64,000 bases of DNA from Patescibacteria group bacterium (GCA_004297215.1 SCUM01000001.1:143456-207455); one strand, 5' to 3'. Counted from the first letter of the stretch, positions 26,758 through 38,589 are shown. A program made the numbers and translations. The notes: generated from the letters alone by a model not told the origin.

Positions 26758-28275
26758 ATGTCCAAATTCTACCTCACGACGCCGATTTACTACATAAACG
26801 GCGCTCCGCACGTCGGGCACGCCTACACCGGAATCATCGCCGACGCGCTTGCCCGCTACCGCCGCATGCGTGGGGACGAGGTGTTTTTCTTGACGGGCAC
26901 CGACGAGAACAGCCAGAAGAACGTCGAGGCCGCGGAGAAAGCCGGAAAGAAGGATGACATCCAGGGGTATTTGGACACCATGGCGGCCACCTGGCAGGAA
27001 ACGTTCGACGAGCTGGGGTTCACGAACGACCGGTTCATCCGCACCACCGAGGCGGCGCATGCGAAGGCCGTCGAGAAGTTCTGGAAAGCGGTCGAGGCGA
27101 AGGGCGACATCTACGAGGGCGAATACGTCGGCCTCTACTGCAAGGGGTGCGAGGCGTTCTATACGGAAACGGACCTCGTCGACGCGAAATGCCCGCTCCA
27201 TAAGACCGCCCCCGAATCCATCAAGGAGAAGAACTATTTCTTCAGGCTCACCAAGTACCGCGATGCCTTGCTCGAGCATATCGGCAAGAACCCGGATTTC
27301 GTCGTCCCCGCCGCGCGCCGCAACGAGATCATGAGCTACATCCGTGATTTCATGAAGGACGTGTCCATCTCCCGCTCAAGCATGAAGTGGGGGATTCCCG
27401 TGCCCGGCGACGAGACGCAGCGCGTGTACGTGTGGTTCGACGCGCTCATCAACTATCTCACCGGCGTCGGGTACGGCACCGACGAAGCCGCGTTCAAGAA
27501 GTGGTGGCCAGCCGACCTGCACCTGGTGGGGAAGGACATCATCAAGTTCCATTGCGCGCTGTGGCCCGCGATGCTCATGAGCGCCGGGCTGCCGCTGCCC
27601 AAACGCGTGCTTGCGCACGGGTTCTTCACGATCGACGGCGAGAAGATCTCCAAGTCGCTTGGCAACGCCATCGATCCGGTGGCCGTCGCGGGCGAGTACG
27701 GCGTTGACGCGCTGCGGTACTTCCTGTTCCGCGAAATCCGCCTGGGCGAAGACGGCGATTTTTCCCTGACGCGCCTTGCGGCCCGCTACGACGGCGATTT
27801 GGCGAACGAGCTTGGCAATCTCGTGCACCGCGTGCTCACGATGACCGAGAAATACTTCGACGGGTCGGCGCCCCAGCGAGCCGACGGATTCCTCGCCGGC
27901 GCCTGGGACGGCTACCACGCCGCCTGGGAGGAGCTGCGCACACACGACGCGCTTGATGTCGTCTGGAGCCTTGTGCGCCAAAGCAACCAGCTCATCGAGG
28001 AGCGCGCGCCGTGGCAGCTTGCCAAGATGGGCGAGACGAAGCTCCTCGGGGACACGATGTACGCGCTCCTCGAGACGCTCCGGCACATCGCCTGGATGCT
28101 CTACCCCTTCATGCCAGAGACGGCAGAAAAGATGTTCGCGAAGCTCGGTCTCGCCGCCCCCAAGGAGTTTACGCAGCCGTTTGAAACGGCTTGGGCCTGG
28201 GGCGAACTCGTCCCGGGTGCTAGGATTGAGAAGGGAGAACCGTTGTTCCCGCGTAAGGAAAGGAAGGAGGCCTAA
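26758..28275 (+). CDS. metG: Methionyl-tRNA synthetase (short form, no C-terminal tRNA-binding extension)
   Basis: HIGH motif (PHVGHAYT), KMSKS variant (EKISKSLGN), anticodon-binding helical domain. ATG at 26758, inside the track ORF that starts at 26689. Confidence 0.95.
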   Translation: MSKFYLTTPIYYINGAPHVGHAYTGIIADALARYRRMRGDEVFFLTGTDENSQKNVEAAEKAGKKDDIQGYLDTMAATWQETFDELGFTNDRFIRTTEAAHAKAVEKFWKAVEAKGDIYEGEYVGLYCKGCEAFYTETDLVDAKCPLHKTAPESIKEKNYFFRLTKYRDALLEHIGKNPDFVVPAARRNEIMSYIRDFMKDVSISRSSMKWGIPVPGDETQRVYVWFDALINYLTGVGYGTDEAAFKKWWPADLHLVGKDIIKFHCALWPAMLMSAGLPLPKRVLAHGFFTIDGEKISKSLGNAIDPVAVAGEYGVDALRYFLFREIRLGEDGDFSLTRLAARYDGDLANELGNLVHRVLTMTEKYFDGSAPQRADGFLAGAWDGYHAAWEELRTHDALDVVWSLVRQSNQLIEERAPWQLAKMGETKLLGDTMYALLETLRHIAWMLYPFMPETAEKMFAKLGLAAPKEFTQPFETAWAWGELVPGARIEKGEPLFPRKERKEA

Positions 28276-28776
28276 ATGTCCCTCGTAGACGTCATCCTCA
28301 TCTTCATCGTCGGCGGATTCACGATGTTCGGCCTGTTCTTCGGGCTCGTTCGCACGCTCGGCGGGCTCATCGGGACGATCGTCGGCATGGTGGTGGCCTC
28401 GCGACTGGTGGGGCCGGTGTACGACCGGTTCGGTTGGCTCATGGGCGGGGGAGGGACCGGCAAGGTGGTGGCATTCCTGATCGTATTCTTCGTCTTCGGG
28501 CGCATCTTCGGGCTCGGGTTGTGGCTCCTTCGCACCGTGTTCGGCTGGTTCGCCTGGATCCCGCTCGCCGGGCTCGTGGACAGGATCCTCGGCGCCGCGT
28601 TCGGCCTCATCGAAGGGATCGTGTTCGTGAGCGTCGCCTTGTTCTTCGCGCTGCAGTTCCTGCCGGACGACGCCGTGAAGATGGCGCTGTCCGCCTCCAT
28701 CGTGGGGAAGGGGATGCTCGCGATCGTGGCCGCCCTTCAGGTGATCTTCCCATCCAGCCTCAAGGCCGCCGGCTGA
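28276..28776 (+). CDS. cvpA: CvpA family membrane protein
   Basis: 4-TM, Gly-rich, size and pattern of colicin V production protein. Starts 1 nt after the metG stop. Confidence 0.7.
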   Translation: MSLVDVILIFIVGGFTMFGLFFGLVRTLGGLIGTIVGMVVASRLVGPVYDRFGWLMGGGGTGKVVAFLIVFFVFGRIFGLGLWLLRTVFGWFAWIPLAGLVDRILGAAFGLIEGIVFVSVALFFALQFLPDDAVKMALSASIVGKGMLAIVAALQVIFPSSLKAAG

Positions 28777-28777
28777 T

Positions 28778-29683
28778 ATGCTCGTGGATGCGCACTGCCA
28801 CGTGCATTTCCGCGGATATGGGGAGGAGAAGGGCGATGTCGTCCGGCGGGCGCGCGACGCCGGCGTAAAAATGATTACCGTCGGAACGAACCTCGCGACG
28901 AGCCGCGAAGCGTTGGCGTTCGCCGAGGGCCAGGACGACGTCTGGGCGACCGTCGGCCTGCATCCTAACCACACCACCGCTTCGCCACATCACGACGAGG
29001 AGGAGCTCGCGTCCGCGCCCCCCACGGAAGGGGAGCGGTTCGACGCCGACGCGTTCCGCGTCCTCGCGTCGCATCCCAAGTGCGTCGCGATCGGCGAATG
29101 CGGATTGGACTACTATCGGCTCGCAGGGGACGCGTCCGAGGCGAAGGCCCGGCAGACGGCCGCGGTTCGCGCGCAATTCGACCTCGCTACGGAGGCAGGC
29201 AAGCCGGTGGTCATCCACTGCCGCGATGGTTCGACGCCGCTCACCACAGGTGCGCACGCCGACCAGCTTGCGCTCATCAGGGAGTACGTCGCGGACGGGA
29301 AGTTGTCCCGTCGCGGTGTCATCCACTGTTTCACCGGCACATTAGAAGAGGCGCAAGCCTATGTCGCCGCCGGTTTTCTCATTTCGTTCACGGGCATCAT
29401 CACGTTCCCGCCCAAGGCGAGCTATCTCCCCCTTGGTAAGGGGGAGCATGAGGGGGTCGCGCTCTCTGCCTTGCAGCGAGTCGTCCAGGCGCTCCCGCTC
29501 GAATCCATCCTCGTCGAGACGGATTCCCCCTATCTCACCCCGATCCCATTCCGCGGAAAACAAAACGAACCGGCCCATGTCCGTTTTGTCGCAGAAAAGA
29601 TCGGCCAACTGAAAAACCTCCCTTTCGAGGAGGTCGCGCGCGCGACGACGGAAAACGCCCATCACCTCTTCAGTCTATCCTGA
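28778..29683 (+). CDS. tatD: TatD family metal-dependent hydrolase/DNase
   Basis: LVDAHCHVHF, GECGLDYY, HCRDG, HCFTG, ETDSPYL motifs. Confidence 0.85.
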   Translation: MLVDAHCHVHFRGYGEEKGDVVRRARDAGVKMITVGTNLATSREALAFAEGQDDVWATVGLHPNHTTASPHHDEEELASAPPTEGERFDADAFRVLASHPKCVAIGECGLDYYRLAGDASEAKARQTAAVRAQFDLATEAGKPVVIHCRDGSTPLTTGAHADQLALIREYVADGKLSRRGVIHCFTGTLEEAQAYVAAGFLISFTGIITFPPKASYLPLGKGEHEGVALSALQRVVQALPLESILVETDSPYLTPIPFRGKQNEPAHVRFVAEKIGQLKNLPFEEVARATTENAHHLFSLS

Positions 29684-29718
29684 GGGCCTTGTCCGCCTGA
29701 GGCCTTCACGCCTGCGCC
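29684..29718. repeat. Dispersed repeat family copy a (GGCCTTGTCCGCC...TGAGGCCTTCACGCCT)
   Basis: Shares the CCTGAGGCCTTCACGCCT core with copies at 33648, 36139 and 58771. Its first half is the reverse complement of GGCGGACAAGGCC. Confidence 0.6.
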
Positions 29719-29789
29719 GTCCACAATAAAAGAGCCCCCGGTCGCGACAGATGTCGCTTCCAGGGGCCGTGCTGCCTGTGACGTGCTAC

Positions 29790-30986
29790 CTAGTGCACCG
29801 TCGGAGGCTTCTCGGCCTCTGTGACGGGAGGTGCGGACTCGGCACCGTCCCCCGTGTCGAACCCCGCGAGATCGGGATCCACGGCCGGTGACGCAGCCGC
29901 CGCCTCTGCGGCTGCCGGCGCTTCGGGCGGAGCTGCTTCTGCCTTCTGCTTCTTCAGCTTCGCCTCGATCTCGCCGATCAGGGCCTTGAGCGCCTCGTAC
30001 TGGTTCACGAGACGCTCGCGAGGCACCCTCATCCCACGATGCTCGAACTCCTTCCGCCTCTTGCCCGGCTCGTAGCGCGAGAGGTTCTTCATGGCCCGCG
30101 CGAGGACCTCATCGGAAACGCCGTGGCCGATGTCGAGCAGGTCCCGGAGCGCCGGACGCGGGAATGCCTCGCCGCCGGCCCTGATCGCATCCTTCACCTC
30201 GATGGCGTCGGAGGCATCAGGCTGCTTCACGAGCGGCACGATATCGGCGATGATCTCGTGCAGCATCTCGCGATGCAGGAACACCGTCATGACGCCCTTG
30301 CAGTGCAGGTCGGCCTCCTTCACCCGCACGACCTTCCCGAACGGGATGAGCGCCACCGCGTCCCGGATGGGCACGTTCTCCTGACCGTACGTCTGCCCAT
30401 GGAACAGGAGCGTCATCTGCGGCGGGCTCTTCGGGTTGAGGTCCTGGAACTCGCCCCGCGCCCGCGCCTCATGCAGGTTGGCCGGGACGGCATACGCCGT
30501 GCTCCAGCCGCGTTTCCAGGCGACCAGCATCTTGCGCGGCTTGCCGTCGGCGTACGTCTCGCCCTTCATGCGCAACTCGCTGGCAAGCAGCACGACCGTC
30601 GGGCATGGGACCCGTGAAAGCACGTACCCGCCGAGCCGGACCAGGGTCCCCGTCTCGTCGATGCGTTGCCTGGCGGCCGTCTCCGTGGCCTCGATGCCGT
30701 AGCAGTGGTCGTCCTTCCTGATCCCGAACGCCTCGTCGTCCGCCTCGGCGACGAAGGTGACGGCCTCGCGCACCGTCACGGTCTCGACCACCTCCATCTT
30801 GGCCTTCTTGTCGTAGTGCTTGCGCTCTTTTTGCACATCGTGAAACATCTCCTCGTCGACGGTGATGGCCTTGATGTACGTCCTCGAACTGAACACGAGG
30901 GTCATCTCCACGATGTAGTCCGGGTTGGAAAGGCCGACGCTGGCGTAAATCTTCCCTTGCTCTTCGAGCTCGTAGGGGAACTTCAT
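29790..30986 (-). CDS. Hypothetical protein (398 aa) with a C-terminal coiled coil and Ala/Pro-rich tail. No recognisable domain.
   Basis: Long ORF with good codon usage. Divergent from the next gene. Confidence 0.5.
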   Translation of the reverse strand: MKFPYELEEQGKIYASVGLSNPDYIVEMTLVFSSRTYIKAITVDEEMFHDVQKERKHYDKKAKMEVVETVTVREAVTFVAEADDEAFGIRKDDHCYGIEATETAARQRIDETGTLVRLGGYVLSRVPCPTVVLLASELRMKGETYADGKPRKMLVAWKRGWSTAYAVPANLHEARARGEFQDLNPKSPPQMTLLFHGQTYGQENVPIRDAVALIPFGKVVRVKEADLHCKGVMTVFLHREMLHEIIADIVPLVKQPDASDAIEVKDAIRAGGEAFPRPALRDLLDIGHGVSDEVLARAMKNLSRYEPGKRRKEFEHRGMRVPRERLVNQYEALKALIGEIEAKLKKQKAEAAPPEAPAAAEAAAASPAVDPDLAGFDTGDGAESAPPVTEAEKPPTVH

Positions 30987-31184
30987 GGCTCAGGCTCCTT
31001 CGCGTCCGTGATCGAGCGCGGCCACCATGGCACACGCTCGCAAGGACTTCGGAAGGTATCAGAAAAACGCGGTCTTGTCAATCTGAACCGACGGAAGGAA
31101 TTCCGAAGGATATTGACGATTTCGAGATTTTTTGCTACGGTCTTGGGTCTACGTCAACCGGTTTTGACAGAGAGGAGGTCTGCC

Positions 31185-32165
31185 GTGGACGAAATCGAAC
31201 GAATCAGTGCGTGCAAGACGATCATTTACTTGCTGATGGGAAAGCAGGTATCGGACGAGAGGCGAAGCGCTGCCGCCGGGCTGCTTCCGGAGGAGGCGTG
31301 GGTTGATACGCTGCTCCTCAACGAAGTCGCCGACCATGAACAGGCGATGGAGAAGGCGAAACGAGCCATCGCCATCATCGTGTGGGCTGGCAAGCTGAAG
31401 GCGGGCAAGGTCCCGCTCACGCCAAAGAATGTTCAGCTCATCGGCGAGAAGCTGGCCGCGGCGGGGTGCGGGGGGGATCTCGAGGCGTGCGAGATCATGG
31501 CGCTCGAGACCATGCTCGCCGAGCCGCCTTCAAAGGAGCCCACGCTTCCCGCCGACGCCCTGGACGACGAGGACGACGATGAGGACGAGTCGGGCGAGGA
31601 CGAGGACGGAGGCGACGATGCGGGTGACGACGCGGACGAGGATGGATCGGACGAGGGCGACGCCGATGATGCGGATGCCTCGACCGCTGACACGTCGACG
31701 CCGCTCACCCAGGCACCGATCGTCACCGGCCTCGGCCGCCGTCCGTCGTCCAGGCACGACAACGGCGACGAGAAGGAACGCGATCGCGTGAAGGACGTGA
31801 AGCAGGACGCCGACAAGCCGGCGAACGGTCCTGCCTACCGGATCTGCGGCGACCTCACGGTCCCGCCGCCCGTGCCCGGCGACCCGTTCTCGTTCCACGA
31901 CGGCGAGCTGTGCCTGAACGAGCGATGGAAGCACCTGCGTTCCATGATCGTCGCGGCCGTCGAGCTGTTCCAGTCGACGGTCGAAGGGGAGCGCGAGGTC
32001 GGCAGGAAGGCCCTGATCGACCTGCCCGCGAATCTCGACAAGCCCGAGTGGAGCGCCTACTACGGCCCGCGCGTGAGTGAGGCGGGGCGGAAGATGCTCA
32101 AGCACGTCTCATCGTGCTTGGACCTCAACCCCGCCCAGCCGGCAGCAGCCGCCCCTGTCATCTGA
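31185..32165 (+). CDS. Hypothetical protein with a long poly-acidic (D/E-rich) linker. GTG start at 31185 after a GAGGAGG SD.
   Basis: SD AGAGGAGG lies 7 nt before the GTG. Low-complexity DDEDDDEDESGEDEDGGDD region. C-terminal globular part with CGDL...C..ERW. Confidence 0.45.
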   Translation: MDEIERISACKTIIYLLMGKQVSDERRSAAAGLLPEEAWVDTLLLNEVADHEQAMEKAKRAIAIIVWAGKLKAGKVPLTPKNVQLIGEKLAAAGCGGDLEACEIMALETMLAEPPSKEPTLPADALDDEDDDEDESGEDEDGGDDAGDDADEDGSDEGDADDADASTADTSTPLTQAPIVTGLGRRPSSRHDNGDEKERDRVKDVKQDADKPANGPAYRICGDLTVPPPVPGDPFSFHDGELCLNERWKHLRSMIVAAVELFQSTVEGEREVGRKALIDLPANLDKPEWSAYYGPRVSEAGRKMLKHVSSCLDLNPAQPAAAAPVI

Positions 32166-32285
32166 CAGCGGGCGGAAGTTCCTTCGCCGCTGATGCGTCT
32201 CAGGATGACCGAACCCTCTGCGGATTCGGTCATTTTTCATTCCATTGACTCGCGAACGGGTTCCCCATATACTTCCGGCGTCTTT

Positions 32286-32555
32286 ATGACGAACGATCAG
32301 GCCTATATCCGGCTTGCCATGCGGATTTTCGCTGATTTCGGCGTCAGTACCGCGGTGCCTGCCGTATTGGCCGCGCTTGGAGGGAAATGGCTGGACGCCC
32401 GGTACGGGACCGCCCCGAAACTTCTCATCGCCTGCCTGGCCGCCGCCCTCGCCCTGACCGCCCTGACGATCGTCCGCAAGGCCCGCCGATACTCGGCCGA
32501 ATACCAGCGCCTGATCGCTTCCGAATCGAAGGCTCCTCCTTCGCCTGAATCCTGA
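32286..32555 (+). CDS. AtpZ/AtpI-like small membrane protein preceding the atp operon
   Basis: Two TM helices, position upstream of atpB. ATG at 32286, inside the track ORF that starts at 32193. Confidence 0.5.
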   Translation: MTNDQAYIRLAMRIFADFGVSTAVPAVLAALGGKWLDARYGTAPKLLIACLAAALALTALTIVRKARRYSAEYQRLIASESKAPPSPES

Positions 32556-32560
32556 ACCTT

Positions 32561-33364
32561 GTGCTCGTTCCTGCCGCCGCAGAACCCATTTTCCACATCG
32601 GGAGCTTCCCGGTCACCAACGCCCTGATCAACGGGTGGATTGCGGCCGGGTTTTTCGTGGGCCTGGCGTTCATGCTGCGCTCGCGCTCGGCGCTCGTGCC
32701 GACGGGGGTCCAGAACGCGGCGGAGACGGTCGTCGAGGCCGCCCTTGGGGAAGTGCAGAAGGTGACGGGCGACCGGGAACGTGCCCTGCGGTTCCTGCCC
32801 ATCGTCGGGACCCTGTTCGTATTCATCCTGTTCTCCAACTGGATCGGCCTGCTTCCGGGCAGCGGTTCCGTCGGGATGTGGCAGGTGCATGGCGGAGAAA
32901 ACCTGCTCGTCCCGGTGATGCGCGCGGCCACGAGCGACCTCAACTTCACGCTCGCGATCGCCCTGTTCGCCGTGCTCGCCTCGCACCTGTTCGGCCTGCG
33001 CGCGGTAGGGCTCGGCACGCACGTCGGCCGATTCATCCAGATCCCCGGCCTCATCAGGTCGTTCTCGAAGGGACCGATGGCCGTGATGGTGGCGCTTATC
33101 GAGTTCGCCGTCGGCTTGCTCGAGATCGTCTCGGAATTCGCCAAGGTCGTGTCGCTGTCCCTGCGCCTGTTCGGCAACGTGTTCGCGGGCGAGGTGCTGC
33201 TCACGGTGATGCTCGGGATCTTCGCCTATGGCCTGCCTATCCCGTTCCTGTTCCTGGAACTCCTGGTCGGCATCATCCAGGCCACGGTGTTCGCCATGCT
33301 GACCCTCGCGTACCTTACGGTGATGACCACGCCGCCCTCGCATGGGGAAGAGGGCGCGCACTGA
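32561..33364 (+). CDS. atpB: F0F1 ATP synthase subunit a
   Basis: SLSLRLFGNVFAGEVLL with the conserved Arg, 5-6 TM. Confidence 0.9.
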   Translation: MLVPAAAEPIFHIGSFPVTNALINGWIAAGFFVGLAFMLRSRSALVPTGVQNAAETVVEAALGEVQKVTGDRERALRFLPIVGTLFVFILFSNWIGLLPGSGSVGMWQVHGGENLLVPVMRAATSDLNFTLAIALFAVLASHLFGLRAVGLGTHVGRFIQIPGLIRSFSKGPMAVMVALIEFAVGLLEIVSEFAKVVSLSLRLFGNVFAGEVLLTVMLGIFAYGLPIPFLFLELLVGIIQATVFAMLTLAYLTVMTTPPSHGEEGAH

Positions 33365-33417
33365 TTGTCGGTTGCCGCCTCTCAACCGAAAACGGCTGGG
33401 AGGCGCTAACTCGATAA

Positions 33418-33647
<230 letters not shown>

Positions 33648-33648
<1 letters not shown>

Positions 33649-33713
33649 GCCGAAGGCCGCAGGCGGACAAGGCCCCAGGGCTGCCCTGAGGCCTTCACGC
33701 CTGAAGCCTTCCA
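33648..33713. repeat. Dispersed repeat family copy b (GGCGGACAAGGCC-CAGGGCTGCCCTG-AGGCCTTCACGCCT)
   Basis: Immediately after the atpE stop. Contains an internal CAGGGC/GCCCTG hairpin. Confidence 0.6.
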
Positions 33714-33726
33714 TCCAAAACCCATT

Positions 33727-34245
33727 ATGTCTGAACCTACCGGCGGACTCGCGACCTTCGGGATCGACGGCCGCATCCTCCTCGCCCAGCTCATCAACTT
33801 CCTGGTGGTGCTGTTCGTGCTCAAGCGGTTCGCTTGGGGGCCGATCGCGGCGCGTCTGGATGCGAGGTCGAAGAAGATCGAGGAGGGGATGAAGGACGCC
33901 GAAGAGGCGGCGAAGCGGCTGAAGTCGGCCGATGCGGAACGCGCGTCGATGCTTTCCGCGACGAGATCGGAAGCGTCGGCCATCGTCGAGAAGGCGCGCG
34001 CGGACTCCGAGGCCATGCGCGCCGAACTCATCGCCAGGGCGAAGGGCGACGTGGAACGCGTCGTCATGGGCGGCAAGGCGCAGCTGAAGGCCGAGCAAGA
34101 GGCGATGAAGGCCGAGCTCAAGCGCGACGTGGCGGAATTCGCGGTGGAGGCGGCCAGGCGCATCCTGGCCGAAGGCGTCAGCAAGGAATCGTCCGAACGC
34201 CTCTCCTCCGAGATGGTCGTGGCGTGGGCCAGGAAGGAGGTATGA
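33727..34245 (+). CDS. atpF: F0F1 ATP synthase subunit b
   Basis: N-terminal TM plus a long charged helix. Confidence 0.85.
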   Translation: MSEPTGGLATFGIDGRILLAQLINFLVVLFVLKRFAWGPIAARLDARSKKIEEGMKDAEEAAKRLKSADAERASMLSATRSEASAIVEKARADSEAMRAELIARAKGDVERVVMGGKAQLKAEQEAMKAELKRDVAEFAVEAARRILAEGVSKESSERLSSEMVVAWARKEV

Positions 34246-34631
34246 AGGCGAACCCCAAACAGCTGGCCGCCACGCTTCTTACGGCGGCCGAAGGGAAGTC
34301 CGGGGCGGCGCTCGACGAGACGGTCTACGCCTTCCTCGAGATGATGCATGGGCGGGGCGAGCTCCATCGGACGCGGGAGGTGATGCGCGCCGTGGACACG
34401 CAGTGGCGCAAGCGCTATGGGGTGTCACGGGTCTCCGTGGAATCCGCGCATGCGCTCCCGGTGAAGGTCCAGCAGGCCGTGGACAAGCTCGCGAAGGGCG
34501 CGGATGTCTTCTTCTCGATAGACCCCTCGCTCATCGGCGGCGCGCGCGTGCGGGTGGACGACCTGGTGATCGACAACACCGTGCTCGGCAGGGCCGACCG
34601 ACTCAAGCGGCAATTGATGGAACGCATCTGA
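34242..34631 (+). CDS. atpH: F0F1 ATP synthase subunit delta (short)
   Basis: ATG overlaps the atpF stop (ATGA). C-terminal [23 protein letters not shown] is the OSCP/delta signature. Confidence 0.8.
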   Translation: MKANPKQLAATLLTAAEGKSGAALDETVYAFLEMMHGRGELHRTREVMRAVDTQWRKRYGVSRVSVESAHALPVKVQQAVDKLAKGADVFFSIDPSLIGGARVRVDDLVIDNTVLGRADRLKRQLMERI

Positions 34632-34632
34632 T

Positions 34633-36138
34633 ATGGCAACCAAAGCAGACATCCTGAACAGCCTCAAGGAGCAGCTCGCTTCCTTCCAGTCCGGCATGCA
34701 GGAAAGCCAGGTCGGCACGGTGCTCTCCGTCGGGGACGGCGTGGCGCGCCTTTCGGGCCTTTCCAGGCTCCAGGCTTCCGAGATGATCGAGTTCCCGGGA
34801 GGCATCCTGGGCGTCGCCCTCAACCTTGAGGAAGACACGGTGGGCGCCATCGTGATCGGCGACAGTGCGCGCATCAAGGAGGGCGACACGGTGAAGGCGA
34901 CCGGGCGCATCCTCTCGATCCCGATTTCCGATGCCGTGCTCGGGCGCGTCATCGACCCGCTGGGGAACGCCAAGGACGGCAAGGGCGTCATCCGCGCCGC
35001 GCAGTTTTTCCCGATCGAGAAGATCGCCCCGGGCGTGATGACGCGCCGCAGCGTGGGCGTGCCGCTCGCCACCGGCGTGAAGGCGGTCGACGCGCTCATC
35101 CCGATCGGTCGCGGCCAGCGCGAACTCATCATCGGCGACCGCCAGACCGGCAAGACCGCCATCGCGGTCGACGCCATCATCAACCAGAAGGGGACCGGGG
35201 TGAAATGCATCTACGTCGCGATCGGCCAGAAGGAGTCCAAGGTCGCGAAGATCGTGGCCAAGCTCGAGGAGGCCGGAGCGATGGAATACACCACGGTCGT
35301 GGTGGCCGGCGCGTCCGACCCGGCGGCCTACAGCTTCGTGGCGCCCTACTCCGGTTGCGCCATCGGCGAATACTTCATGGCAAAGGGCGAGGACGCGCTC
35401 GTGGTGTACGACGACCTGTCCAAGCACGCCTGGGCCTACCGCGAGATCTCGCTGCTCTTGCGCCGCCCGCCGGGCCGCGAGGCCTACCCGGGCGACGTGT
35501 TCTACCTCCACTCCCGCCTGCTCGAGCGCGCGGCGCGCCTTGACGAGAAGAACGGCGGCGGCTCGCTCACCGCGCTGCCCATCATCGAGACGCAGGCCGG
35601 CGACGTGTCCGCCTACATCCCGACCAACGTGATTTCCATCACGGACGGGCAGATTTACCTCGAGACAGACCTGTTCTACCGCGGCATCCGCCCGGCGCTG
35701 AACGTCGGGTTGTCCGTGTCGCGCGTGGGCTCGGCCGCGCAGACCAAGGCGATGAAGAAGGTGGCCGGCCGCCTGCGCCTGGACCTCGCGCAGTTCCGCG
35801 AGCTCGAGGCGTTCGCGCAGTTCGCCACGGACCTCGATGAGAAGACGCGCAGCCAGATCGAGCGCGGCCGGCGCCTCACCGAGATCCTCAAGCAGCCGCA
35901 ATACCAGCCGATGCCGTTTGAGGAGCAGGTCGCGGTCATCTACGCCGTCACCAACGGCCATTTCGACGCGATCCCCGTGGCCGACATCGCCGAGACGGAA
36001 AAGAAGTTCCACGCGTTCATGCGCTCCTCCGGCGCCAAGGCGCTCGCGGCCCTGCGGGAAAAGAAGGCCATCGACGACGAGGTCGAGGCGGGCCTCAAGG
36101 CGGCGATCGCGGATTTTATTGAAACGCTAAAGGCATGA
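34633..36138 (+). CDS. atpA: F0F1 ATP synthase subunit alpha
   Basis: [10 protein letters not shown]-loop, full-length conservation. Confidence 0.95.
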   Translation: MATKADILNSLKEQLASFQSGMQESQVGTVLSVGDGVARLSGLSRLQASEMIEFPGGILGVALNLEEDTVGAIVIGDSARIKEGDTVKATGRILSIPISDAVLGRVIDPLGNAKDGKGVIRAAQFFPIEKIAPGVMTRRSVGVPLATGVKAVDALIPIGRGQRELIIGDRQTGKTAIAVDAIINQKGTGVKCIYVAIGQKESKVAKIVAKLEEAGAMEYTTVVVAGASDPAAYSFVAPYSGCAIGEYFMAKGEDALVVYDDLSKHAWAYREISLLLRRPPGREAYPGDVFYLHSRLLERAARLDEKNGGGSLTALPIIETQAGDVSAYIPTNVISITDGQIYLETDLFYRGIRPALNVGLSVSRVGSAAQTKAMKKVAGRLRLDLAQFRELEAFAQFATDLDEKTRSQIERGRRLTEILKQPQYQPMPFEEQVAVIYAVTNGHFDAIPVADIAETEKKFHAFMRSSGAKALAALREKKAIDDEVEAGLKAAIADFIETLKA

Positions 36139-36205
36139 AGGCCGCAGGCAGACAAGGCCGCAGGGAAGCCCTGAGGCCTTCACGCCTAACGCCTTAACGC
36201 CTCCT
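36139..36205. repeat. Dispersed repeat family copy c (GGCAGACAAGGCC-GCAGGGAAGCCCTG-AGGCCTTCACGCCT)
   Basis: Between atpA and atpG. Confidence 0.6.
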
Positions 36206-37123
36206 ATGGCCGTCCAAACCCGTTCAATCAAGCGTCGCCTCAAGTCGGTGCGCAACACGCGCAAGATCACCAAGGCGATGGAACTCGTGGCCGCGAGCAA
36301 GATGCGCAAGGCCGTGAGTTCGGCGTTGGGCAGCCGTCCGTACGCGAAGATCGCCTGGGAGACCGTGCGCTCGATTTCCGAAGTGGTGGACGTGAGCCTG
36401 CACCCGCTGCTCATGCCGCGCGTGGGGAAGCCGGAAAAGGCGCTGCTCGTGCTCATCACCTCCGACCGCGGGCTCGCCGGCGGGTTCAACAGCAACGCCG
36501 TGAAGCATGCCCTGTCCGAAGTCCGCAAGGCCGGCGTCTCGTCCGTGTCGGCCGTGTGCGTGGGACGGCGCGGGGCCGAGGCCGTGAAGCGGGCGGGGTA
36601 TCCGGTGCTCGCGAGCTTCGTGGACGTCACCAACAAGCCCACGTTCCAGGACATCCTGCCCATCGGCAAAGTGGCCGTGGAGGAATACCTGGCAGGGCGG
36701 TGCGACACCGTACTCATCGCGTACACGGATTTCGTGAGCGCCCTCACGCAAAAACCCGCGGTGCTTGAGCTGTTGCCCTTGGTCGATGAGGCGAGGAAGG
36801 CTCCGGGCGGCAAGGCCGCAGGAGAAGCTGAAGCCTTCACGCGTGAGGCCTCGAGGCCTTCCGACTTCACCTTTGAACCCTCACCGCAGGCCGTGCTCGA
36901 CGCGTTGCTCCCGAGGATCGTCGAGGCGATGACCTACCAGGCCGTGCTCGAGTCGGCCGCGAGCGAACACTCGGCCCGCATGATGGCCATGCGCAGCGCC
37001 ACGGACGCCGCTTCCGAAATGATCGACGACCTGAATTTCACCTTCAACCAGGCACGCCAGGCGGGCATCACGCAGGAGATCGCGGAGATATCAAGCGGCA
37101 AAGCCGCCTTGGAAAGCCAATAG
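36206..37123 (+). CDS. atpG: F0F1 ATP synthase subunit gamma (carries a repeat-derived insertion at 36809-36870)
   Basis: MAVQTRSIKRRLKSVRNTRKITKAMELVAASKMRKA N-terminus and C-terminal QAGITQEIAEI. Confidence 0.9.
   Translation: MAVQTRSIKRRLKSVRNTRKITKAMELVAASKMRKAVSSALGSRPYAKIAWETVRSISEVVDVSLHPLLMPRVGKPEKALLVLITSDRGLAGGFNSNAVKHALSEVRKAGVSSVSAVCVGRRGAEAVKRAGYPVLASFVDVTNKPTFQDILPIGKVAVEEYLAGRCDTVLIAYTDFVSALTQKPAVLELLPLVDEARKAPGGKAAGEAEAFTREASRPSDFTFEPSPQAVLDALLPRIVEAMTYQAVLESAASEHSARMMAMRSATDAASEMIDDLNFTFNQARQAGITQEIAEISSGKAALESQ
36809..36870 (+). repeat. Diverged copy d of the dispersed repeat, located in-frame inside atpG
   Basis: CAAGGCCGCAGG...GAAGCCTTCACGC...GAGGCCTCGAGGCCTTCC. It encodes the extra segment GGKAAGEAEAFTREASRPSD between the conserved LLPL and FEPS blocks of gamma. 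Confidence 0.5.
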
Positions 37124-37125
37124 CC

Positions 37126-37180
37126 GTCAGCCATTAGCCATTAGTAATATTTAGCGACTATCCATAAGCTGACGGCTGAC
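37126..37180. other. Long hairpin between atpG and atpD (10-bp stem AGCCGTCAGC/GCTGACGGCT, 35-nt AT-rich loop)
   Basis: Perfect inverted repeat; the loop TAGCCATTAGTAATATTTAGCGACTA is itself palindromic. Confidence 0.5.
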
Positions 37181-37193
37181 GGCTAGTGGCTAA

Positions 37194-38582
<1,389 letters not shown>

Positions 38583-38589
38583 CCCTTTT

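Noticed and set aside
34603-36012. 469-aa minus-strand ORF antisense to atpA, plus similar long antisense ORFs at 37158-38615, 40676-42385, 46701-48203 and 60547-61998
   Set aside because: All lie opposite strongly supported conserved genes (atpA, atpD, the uvrD-like gene, mrdA, clpB) and encode Arg/Pro/Gly-rich low-complexity products.
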